This document shows, in pieces, positions 45,286-52,735 of a DNA stretch of 53,608 bases (position 1 is its first letter; each line of letters opens with the position of its first letter). The DNA is from Bacteroidota bacterium (lineage in GTDB: Bacteria > Bacteroidota > Bacteroidia > Bacteroidales > UBA1715), in contig JAJUFK010000001.1 in NCBI GenBank assembly GCA_029266015.1, forward strand, positions 1-53,608. Direction: 5' to 3'. The notes beneath the pieces are model-generated. The model made no database searches. It had not been told where the DNA came from and worked only from the letters and a program-made list of their open reading frames with translations. Both the position numbers and the translations under genes were made by a program.

Positions 45286-46314
45286 ATGCCAGAAGACAGT
45301 ATAGACCACATAGATTTTGACTTGTTGAATACACGAGCAATATCGCAACCATTAATAACTCACATGTACACTGCAGATCCATCAGCACATGTTTTCAATG
45401 GAAAACTATACATTTATCCGTCGCATGATATTGATGCCGGTATTCCTTTTGATGATGAAGGCTCACATTTTGGCATGGAAGATTATCATGTAATATCAAT
45501 GGATTCAATACCCGGTAAACCAATTGATCACGGAATTATATTACACATTCAAGATGTTGCATGGGCTCAAAAACAATTATGGGACTCTGATGTAAATTAC
45601 AAAAATGGAACATATTATCTCTATTTTTCAGCAAAATCGTATGATGGAATTTTTCGTATTGGCGTTGCAACATCAAAAAGCCCTACCGGACCATTTATTG
45701 CTGAACCGGAACCAATAAAAGGAAGTTATTCCATAGATCCTTGTGTATTTCAAGATAATGATGGCTCCTTTTATATGTATTTTGGAGGTATATGGGGTGG
45801 ACAATTACAAAAATATAGGAATAATATTTATAACTCTTTGCATGAATTACCTCGTTCTCATGAACCAGCATTAGGACCACGAATTGCAAAATTACGTGAT
45901 AATATGTTGGAATTTGCAGAAACACCCAAAGAAATAGAAATACTTGATGAACAAGGCAACAGATTAACAGAAGGTGATAATTCACGCAGATTCTTTGAAG
46001 CTTCGTGGATGCATAAATATAATGGAATATATTATTTTTCATATTCTACCGGCGATACACATTATATTTGTTACGCAACAGGCATTTCGCCTTATGGACC
46101 TTTTACATATAGAGGTAGAATATTAAATCCGGTGGTTGGTTGGACAACTCATCATTCAATTTGTGAATTTCAAGGAAAATGGTATTTATTTTATCATGAC
46201 TCAAGTCTTTCAAAAGGTGTTACTCATTTACGATCTATGAAAGTTACACCCATTCATTATAATGCCGATTCCAGCATACAAACAATTGACCCATATAATG
46301 ATTTGAAAATATAG
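45286..46314 (+). CDS. cytoplasmic glycoside hydrolase family 43 (beta-xylosidase / alpha-L-arabinofuranosidase)
   Basis: 342 aa with no signal peptide. Motifs HMYTADPSAHVF (general base), LWDSDV and FFEASWMHKY (acid region). Confidence 0.85.
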   Translation: MPEDSIDHIDFDLLNTRAISQPLITHMYTADPSAHVFNGKLYIYPSHDIDAGIPFDDEGSHFGMEDYHVISMDSIPGKPIDHGIILHIQDVAWAQKQLWDSDVNYKNGTYYLYFSAKSYDGIFRIGVATSKSPTGPFIAEPEPIKGSYSIDPCVFQDNDGSFYMYFGGIWGGQLQKYRNNIYNSLHELPRSHEPALGPRIAKLRDNMLEFAETPKEIEILDEQGNRLTEGDNSRRFFEASWMHKYNGIYYFSYSTGDTHYICYATGISPYGPFTYRGRILNPVVGWTTHHSICEFQGKWYLFYHDSSLSKGVTHLRSMKVTPIHYNADSSIQTIDPYNDLKI

Positions 46315-46446
46315 AGTTACAAATAATGAACTAATGCTTTACATTTTTACCTTTATATGATTACTTTTTACCCTTTGTTTTTTATCATTCACCAATTTTA
46401 ACGTAATTTTAAATACAACAAAATAGGTTTTAACTATATAAACATA

Positions 46447-46454
46447 TATTTTTG
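46447..46454 (+). promoter_or_regulatory. orphan -7 box TATTTTTG in the GH43/GH9 intergenic region
   Basis: Exact TAnnTTTG match. No ORF of 60 aa or more lies downstream before the terminator at 46553-46582. Confidence 0.35.
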
Positions 46455-46459
46455 AAGTA

Positions 46460-46582
46460 TAAAAACAGTATTACAGAGCAGCTATGCTCAACAAGAGAAA
46501 TCTTGTTTATCTTCTTCATTAAACCTTATAGGTTAGTATTTATTTAGGATGCGAGGCAGGATTTCTTCCTGCCTCTTTTTTT
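46460..46582 (+). ncRNA. candidate ~120-nt small RNA, or 5' leader/attenuator of the giant GH9 gene
   Basis: The unit has a promoter box at 46447-46454. It has two small stem-loops: AACAAGA-gaaa-TCTTGTT at 46490-46507 and AACCT-tat-AGGTT at 46522-46534. A GC-rich terminator hairpin plus T7 follows. The only coding potential is a 12-codon ORF. This is hypothetical. Confidence 0.3.
46553..46582 (+). terminator. strong intrinsic terminator not adjacent to any CDS end
   Basis: GAGGCAGG-atttctt-CCTGCCTC forms a perfect 8-bp GC-rich stem followed by T7. It lies 239 nt after the GH43 stop and 185 nt before the GH9 ATG. Confidence 0.8.
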
Positions 46583-46767
46583 CAGAAAATACCCAAAAAT
46601 ACCTATAGTATATATTTTGATTTTATATAATTTTATAGGTTCTAAAAGTTTGTGTTTTTGATTCTGTTTTTCATATTTTAATTTTATCATCTACACAAGC
46701 AAATATATAGGGTTTAAGACATATTGATTGTCTAAAAAATATTGAGAGAAATTATAAAAATATACAT

Positions 46768-49700
46768 ATGAAACGATTCAAAACTATATTCGTAATTATT
46801 TTTTTGTGCACATTTTTTTTACAAAACACATATGCACAGAGTCTAACTGCTACGGAATACAAAAAAGCTTGCTGGATGACAACACGTATGTATGGAGGTC
46901 AACGTTCGGGTAACGGTCCCAATTGGTTAATCATGACACATACACCTACATCAGCCAACATGACAACTTTACAAAGCGCTAAAGGTGCTGACCCATCACA
47001 ATTACAACCCGGTAAGTGTTTTACTAAAGATGCTGATAATACAAATTCTTTATCCGGAGGATGGGTAGATTGTGGTGACCATGTAAAATTCGGTCAAACT
47101 ATGTTTTATTCTGCCTATACTTTATTAAAAGGATACGATGCCTTCCCTCATGGTTACGACGATTATTATTCTTATGATTATGCAGGCTATCTAAATTCAG
47201 GAGATTGGACATTTGAAGGTAATAAAGGTGGGCCTAATGGTATTCCAGACATTCTTGACGAATTAAAATATGAATGTGAATTTTTTATAAAATGTGCACC
47301 AAATGCAACTACATTTTATTCACAAGTAGGCGATGGTGACGCTGACCATAAAAATTGGGTTACATCGGTAGCTATGGCTACATTACCAAAAACTGAAGGA
47401 GGGCAAAAAGAAGGTCCTCGAACATTTGTAAAAAATCCAAACGATGCGTCTATGCCATCATTTTGTGCTGCTACTCTTGCACTTATGTCAAGGGTGTACA
47501 AAAAATTTGACCCTGCTTTTGCTGCTACCTGCTTAACACATGCACAATATGCGTATACGTATGCAAAAGCTCATCCGGGAACAGTGGCTGCAGGTTCATT
47601 CTATCCGGCAAATGCAAAATGGCAAGACGATTTTGCTTGTGCATGTGCAGAATTATATTGGGCTACCGGAATTGAAAGTTATAAAACAGAAGCTTTATCA
47701 TATGCCGGTAATTTAGGAAATCACAACTGGTGCTACAATTACAACAATAATGACGATATAGCTGCATACAATCTTGCAAAATTAGGAAGTGCCAGTGCTT
47801 TAACATTATTTAACACTTTTGTTTCAACATACAAAAGTGCTGTAAATGCATCGGGATTATATACAGGAGGCGATGCAACATGGGGTCCACTTCGTTATAA
47901 TGCCAACGCTGCTTTTATTGTAGCATTACATGGTGCATATAATAATGAAACTACTGTTAATACTTTTATTTATAAGAATATTGATTATATTCTTGGTGGA
48001 AATTCATCTAAATTTTCATTTGTGGTAGGTTTTGCTCCTACAGGAGGAACAAGCGCAGTGCATCCACATCATAGAAATGTGTACTTAATTGATGACATTA
48101 TGGCCAACCAAAATACTATGACAATTCCAACAAAAAATAGACAGCATGGATATATGATTGGTGGTAGTAGAACTGTTCCTTTTACTGAAAGTGCAACCAA
48201 TTATCAAACATCTGAAGGTGGTATTGATTATAATGCGGGATTAGTAGGAGCTATAGCTTATATTGTTTCTCGAGTTGCTCCGGTTGACACCAATAAATTT
48301 GGACACCCAACTCCTGATTTAGGCCCCGATCAATCTATTTGTGGTTTAAGCAGCATTGTTCTTGACTCTAAAATAACACCTGATACTAAAAAAACTTTTA
48401 CTTGGAAAAAAGATGGAACTACCGTGGTAAATGCTTCTACTAACGCACGCACCTACACAGCAACATCGGCAGGAACCTATCAATGTGTAGTTGACTCAGC
48501 TGGCAAATGGAGCACTTCTGACGAAATCATTATTACATCGGTACTACCAAATGTGGCATTAGGAGCCGACAAAAATTTATGTAACCCATCGTGGGATACG
48601 CTTAAAACTGCTGCATCAGGTGCAGGTATAACTTATTCATGGAAAAAAGACAATGTTACCATTCCGGGAGCTACTGCATCATCATATATTGTTTACAATC
48701 CAGGAACATATATTTGTACAATTAGTGCAACAGGCTGTACCTCTAAATCAGATACAATTATAGTAACATCAAATTTACCTGTTGTACAACATGATACAAT
48801 TTGCGCTGCAGGAACTGCAAATTTACAAGTTATTACAACCGGTACTTATGCATGGTATGATGTATTAACAGGCGGAACATCGCTTGCTTCTGGCTCAAGT
48901 TATTCACCAAATATTACTGCAACTAAAACATATTATGTGCAAGATGCTTCATCGGTTAATGGTATCGTTGGGCCAACTGCATTAACATCTACAACAACAA
49001 GCAATTGGGGTGTTAGTAATACTTTACAAATGGCATTTACCGTAGGGTCATCATTCACAGTAAATTCTATAAAAATGGCGGTAAACAGCATTTATAGTGC
49101 CGGGTCGGGTACTGTAACTATAGAAATTTTAGATGGAAGTGGAAATGCTTTTTCTCCTGCTAAAAAATTTACATCAAATTCTGTTTCAATGACTACTGCT
49201 ATGGCCGGAACATTAGTTGAATTTCCTTTTACCGGGTTTAATATTGACAAAGCTTGGGGTACAAATTTACGAATACGCGTTTCTGCAGTAACGTTTAATG
49301 GAGCATTAGGATTTAACGAAAGTGGCGCAGCATATCCATATAATTCAACACCTTCGGGAGTAATGACAATAACTGGAGCATACAACGGAACAGAATCAAA
49401 ACCAACATGGTATTTATATTTTTACAATTGGAAAATTTCGGCAGGTTCAACATGTGCTCGTACACCGGTACGTGCGGTAATAGATGCAACCAATCCTAAA
49501 TGTACGGCAGATACACAAGCACCTACAACTCCGGGAGCAATTACGTTTAGTGCTATTACACAAAATTCATTTACCGCTACTTGGACAGCCTCTACCGATA
49601 ACATTGGTGTAACCGGTTATGAAGTATTACTTAATGGCACATTATATTCTACTGTTACTACAAATTCAATTTCTATAACAAGTTTAACATGTAATACAAC

Positions 49701-51231
49701 ATATACAGTTCGAGTTAGAGCAAAAGATGCTGCAGGTAATGTATCGGCATACAATACAGCAGCTTCTACAACTACAACCGGGGTTGCTGCACCAACTATT
49801 ACCAATACAACTCCTACCCTTTGCGCAGGTGGCACTATTTCTCTCAGCATTCCTACTACAACCGGAGCTACCTATGCGTGGACAGGACCAAGTAGTTATT
49901 CAGCTACTACCGCAGCCATAAGTAGAACAAATGCATCTACTGCTATGGGCGGAACATATTCAGTTACTGTTACAGTGAGTGGCTGTACAAGTACTGCTAG
50001 TACTACTACCGTTACAGTAAATGATATACCTGCTGCCCCTACTATTACTAATACTACCCCAACCCTCTGTGCTGGTGGAACTATATCGCTCAGCATTCCT
50101 ACTACTACCGGCGCTACCTATGCATGGACAGGACCAAGCAGCTATACTGCTACTACGGCTGCTATTAATAGAACAAATGCTACAACTGCTATGGGAGGAA
50201 CATATTCGGCTACCGTTACCGTTAACGGATGTACTAGTACTGCCAGTACTACTACTGTTACCGTAAATGCAATTCCGGCTACACCCACTATTACTAATAC
50301 TACCCCAACACTTTGTGAAGGTGGTACTATTTCTCTCAGCATTCCTACTACTACCGGCGCTACCTATGCATGGACAGGACCAAGCAGCTATACTGCTTCT
50401 ACCTCAGCTATTAGCAGAACAAATGCAACTACGGCTATGAGCGGAACATATTCGGCTACTGTTACCGTTAACGGATGTACAAGTTCTGCAAGTACTACTA
50501 CTGTTACTGTAAATGCTATTCCAACTGCACCTACCGTTACAAGTCCGGTAACATATCAACAAAATGCTACTGCTACTGCTCTTACAGCTACCGGCACCGG
50601 ACTGAAATGGTATACCGTTGCAACAGGTGGTACAGGAAATACAACAGCACCTATTCCAAGTACAACTACTATAGGTACAACAACTTATTATGTATCGCAA
50701 ACAGTAAATGGTTGCGAAAGTCCACGTGCTTCCATAGATGTGGTGATTGTAACTGCTACTATTTCACAAACAATCGCATTAGCACAAGGATGGAATTTAA
50801 TATCATTTAATGTAGTACCTTCAAATACTACAATAGCTTCGGTATTTGCAGGGGTAATGACACAAGTAAATACTATAAAAAATAGTGACGGTTTCTACAA
50901 ACCGGGACAAGATGCAGAATTGCAAAGTCTTACAAATATTTCGGTAGGCGCAGCTTACTTGGTACATATGAAAACAGCACAAACACTTAGCGTATCAGGA
51001 ACAGCTCCGGGTATCGTTACCATGCCTCTCAAAGCAGGTTGGAATATGCTTGGCTATCCAAAATCTACCAATGGTACGACTACAACAGTATTAGGAACTA
51101 CATGGACAAGTGCTCAAATAATTAAAAACTTTGAAGCATTTTTAGATAAAACGTCGGGAACACTTACCTCAATGAAACCGGGCGAAGGATATTACATTTA
51201 TATGAATACCGCTTCAAATGTAACTTTCTAA
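46768..51231 (+). CDS. giant secreted multidomain GH9 endoglucanase. Domain order: GH9 catalytic, Ig-like domains, unknown beta-sandwich, Fn3, 3x82-aa repeat, Ig-like, novel ~156-aa C-terminal domain
   Basis: 1487 aa with SPI signal ...NTYAQ|S. GH9 motifs GGWVDCGDHVKFG, HPHHRN and SEGGIDYNAGLVGA. Cys-containing Ig-like modules (TYxC/GTYxCxx). Fn3 (QAPTTPG...YTVRVRAKDAAGNVS). Confidence 0.85.
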   Translation: MKRFKTIFVIIFLCTFFLQNTYAQSLTATEYKKACWMTTRMYGGQRSGNGPNWLIMTHTPTSANMTTLQSAKGADPSQLQPGKCFTKDADNTNSLSGGWVDCGDHVKFGQTMFYSAYTLLKGYDAFPHGYDDYYSYDYAGYLNSGDWTFEGNKGGPNGIPDILDELKYECEFFIKCAPNATTFYSQVGDGDADHKNWVTSVAMATLPKTEGGQKEGPRTFVKNPNDASMPSFCAATLALMSRVYKKFDPAFAATCLTHAQYAYTYAKAHPGTVAAGSFYPANAKWQDDFACACAELYWATGIESYKTEALSYAGNLGNHNWCYNYNNNDDIAAYNLAKLGSASALTLFNTFVSTYKSAVNASGLYTGGDATWGPLRYNANAAFIVALHGAYNNETTVNTFIYKNIDYILGGNSSKFSFVVGFAPTGGTSAVHPHHRNVYLIDDIMANQNTMTIPTKNRQHGYMIGGSRTVPFTESATNYQTSEGGIDYNAGLVGAIAYIVSRVAPVDTNKFGHPTPDLGPDQSICGLSSIVLDSKITPDTKKTFTWKKDGTTVVNASTNARTYTATSAGTYQCVVDSAGKWSTSDEIIITSVLPNVALGADKNLCNPSWDTLKTAASGAGITYSWKKDNVTIPGATASSYIVYNPGTYICTISATGCTSKSDTIIVTSNLPVVQHDTICAAGTANLQVITTGTYAWYDVLTGGTSLASGSSYSPNITATKTYYVQDASSVNGIVGPTALTSTTTSNWGVSNTLQMAFTVGSSFTVNSIKMAVNSIYSAGSGTVTIEILDGSGNAFSPAKKFTSNSVSMTTAMAGTLVEFPFTGFNIDKAWGTNLRIRVSAVTFNGALGFNESGAAYPYNSTPSGVMTITGAYNGTESKPTWYLYFYNWKISAGSTCARTPVRAVIDATNPKCTADTQAPTTPGAITFSAITQNSFTATWTASTDNIGVTGYEVLLNGTLYSTVTTNSISITSLTCNTTYTVRVRAKDAAGNVSAYNTAASTTTTGVAAPTITNTTPTLCAGGTISLSIPTTTGATYAWTGPSSYSATTAAISRTNASTAMGGTYSVTVTVSGCTSTASTTTVTVNDIPAAPTITNTTPTLCAGGTISLSIPTTTGATYAWTGPSSYTATTAAINRTNATTAMGGTYSATVTVNGCTSTASTTTVTVNAIPATPTITNTTPTLCEGGTISLSIPTTTGATYAWTGPSSYTASTSAISRTNATTAMSGTYSATVTVNGCTSSASTTTVTVNAIPTAPTVTSPVTYQQNATATALTATGTGLKWYTVATGGTGNTTAPIPSTTTIGTTTYYVSQTVNGCESPRASIDVVIVTATISQTIALAQGWNLISFNVVPSNTTIASVFAGVMTQVNTIKNSDGFYKPGQDAELQSLTNISVGAAYLVHMKTAQTLSVSGTAPGIVTMPLKAGWNMLGYPKSTNGTTTTVLGTTWTSAQIIKNFEAFLDKTSGTLTSMKPGEGYYIYMNTASNVTF
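49789..50526 (+). repeat. three head-to-tail 246-bp (82-codon) near-identical coding repeats inside the GH9 gene
   Basis: Units at 49789-50034, 50035-50280 and 50281-50526. Each encodes (A/T)PTITNTTPTLC(A/E)GGTISLSIPTTTGATYAWTGPSSY...GCTS(T/S)ASTTTVTVN. The differences are mostly synonymous or conservative. Confidence 0.95.
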
Positions 51232-51257
51232 TAAAAACTACTTTTTTTTAATAGTAT

Positions 51258-51297
51258 TCGGCGGAAGATTTTCGTAATTTTCCGCCGATTTATTTTT
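51258..51297 (+). terminator. intrinsic terminator after the giant GH9 gene
   Basis: TCGGCGGAA-13 nt-TTCCGCCGA forms a 9-bp stem followed by TTTATTTTT. Confidence 0.65.
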
Positions 51298-51304
51298 ATC
51301 CAAT

Positions 51305-51973
51305 ATGAATATTGAGCAAATACATACTATACAAGGAGCCACTGAATGTTTACTATTCTTTAATGGATGGGGCATGGATACAAATGCAATTCAACATATT
51401 ACTAATCGCAATTACGATATATTTGCATGTAATAATTATACCGATTTAACAGTTGATTTTTCAATAATTGAAAATTACTCAAAAGTTCATATAGTAGCAT
51501 GGTCTATGGGTGTATGGGCTTGTATGAATGTACAATCAAAACTACCTAAAACTATTGCATCGAGTATTGCAATTAATGGTACAGAATTACCAATGCACGA
51601 TACTATGGGAATTCCTTCAACTATATTTAAAGGTACAATTGAGGCATGGAATGATAATACACGCACTAAATTTAATATACGAATGTGTGGTTCAAGAGAA
51701 GAATGGATTCAATATAAGCCTTATATGTCTAAACGAATAAGCACTGAACAAAAGAAAGAATTAGAAGAAATTCATTCACGTATATTATTAAACAAAAATA
51801 GCACACCCTTTAATTGGACATCAGTCGTAATTGGTGAAAGAGATTTAATTTTTACAGCCGAAAATCAAAAAAACTATTGGCAATCACATATAAAAAGATT
51901 TATTTTGCCAATCCCTCATTATCCCTTTGGGAATATTACAACATGGGACGAAATTTTAAATTGGGCAAAATGA
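51305..51973 (+). CDS. bioG: pimeloyl-ACP methyl ester esterase BioG (DUF452 alpha/beta hydrolase)
   Basis: 222 aa with LLFFNGWGMD and the nucleophile elbow VAWSMGVWA. It lies immediately upstream of and overlapping bioC. Confidence 0.7.
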   Translation: MNIEQIHTIQGATECLLFFNGWGMDTNAIQHITNRNYDIFACNNYTDLTVDFSIIENYSKVHIVAWSMGVWACMNVQSKLPKTIASSIAINGTELPMHDTMGIPSTIFKGTIEAWNDNTRTKFNIRMCGSREEWIQYKPYMSKRISTEQKKELEEIHSRILLNKNSTPFNWTSVVIGERDLIFTAENQKNYWQSHIKRFILPIPHYPFGNITTWDEILNWAK

Positions 51974-52734
51974 CCTTACCTGACAAACACATAATTGGTG
52001 AGCGTTTTTGGAAAAATAAAGAAACGTATAAACAAGAAGCAACTGTACAAAAAGTCTTATGTGAATGCTTTGCCGGCACTTTACAATCATATTCATTTCC
52101 CCTATGTAATGTTTTTGAAATAGGTTGTGGCACAGGATTTTTAACACAAGAATTATGCTCTATACCCTCTATTCAAAAACTATATGTGAATGATGTTTCA
52201 CCAAAAATGCAACAAGACATTGATGCTATAATAGCTCAATCAAAAATATCAGACTATGTTTTCATTGCAGGTGATGCAGAAACAATTGATTTTCCTTCTT
52301 CAATAGATGCTATTGTTTCTACATCTACACTACAGTGGTTTCATTCAATCTCCTCATTTTTTGATAAAGCTGCTCTATCACTTCCTTCACAAGGTATTTT
52401 AGCATTCAGTACATTTGGGCCCAATAATTTTATTGAGATAAAACAAACATTAGGAAAAGGATTAGATTATCTGTCGCTCAATAAATTATTAGAATATGTA
52501 CAAAAACAATTCATCATTATAGATTTTCATGAATGGGAAGAACAATTATGGTTTAATTCACCCATAGAAATATTACAACATATAAAACATACCGGAGTAA
52601 GTGGATTTGGTTCATCATATTTTGGTAGACAAAAATTACAAGAATTTAATGCTGTATATTCATCATTATATTCAAACAATAATAAAGTTCGTCTAACTTA
52701 TCATCCTATTATGGTTTTTGCACAAAAGAAATAA
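51970..52734 (+). CDS. bioC: malonyl-ACP O-methyltransferase BioC
   Basis: Start moved from the track value 51877 to the ATG at 51970 (MTLPDKHIIGERF...), which overlaps the bioG stop as ATGA. SAM motif VFEIGCGTGFLT. Confidence 0.8.
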   Translation: MTLPDKHIIGERFWKNKETYKQEATVQKVLCECFAGTLQSYSFPLCNVFEIGCGTGFLTQELCSIPSIQKLYVNDVSPKMQQDIDAIIAQSKISDYVFIAGDAETIDFPSSIDAIVSTSTLQWFHSISSFFDKAALSLPSQGILAFSTFGPNNFIEIKQTLGKGLDYLSLNKLLEYVQKQFIIIDFHEWEEQLWFNSPIEILQHIKHTGVSGFGSSYFGRQKLQEFNAVYSSLYSNNNKVRLTYHPIMVFAQKK

Positions 52735-52735
52735 T

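Noticed and set aside
46484-46522. 12-codon ORF (MLNKRNLVYLLH) inside the candidate sRNA, considered as a leader peptide.
   Set aside because: It is too short, has no regulatory-codon bias or conservation evidence available, and cannot be supported from sequence alone. It is kept only as a note in the sRNA finding.
49789-50526. Regular 246-bp periodic repeats considered as a possible CRISPR-like or satellite array.
   Set aside because: The units are contiguous with no spacers, are far longer than CRISPR repeats, are in frame within a continuous ORF, and encode an Ig-like protein module.
49092-50810. Cluster of 60-111-aa ORFs on the minus strand and in other plus-strand frames (for example 49617-49850, 49896-50096, 50142-50342, 50404-50700, 50475-50810) inside the giant GH9 gene.
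   Set aside because: They lie in the Thr/Ala/Ser/Gly-rich repeat region, where ACT/GCT/ACC codon runs keep several frames open. Their translations are low-complexity (V/P/L or C/Y/S/N strings), and three of them are merely copies of each other generated by the 246-bp repeat. The 1487-aa frame has recognisable domains throughout.
51877-52735. Longer track starts for bioC (51877) and bioD (52718), overlapping the upstream genes by 97 and 17 nt.
   Set aside because: The conserved N-termini (MTLPDKHIIGERF... and MSQIYIICGIDTDCGKT...) begin at the ATGs at 51970 and 52736, which give the classic ATGA and +1 junctions.
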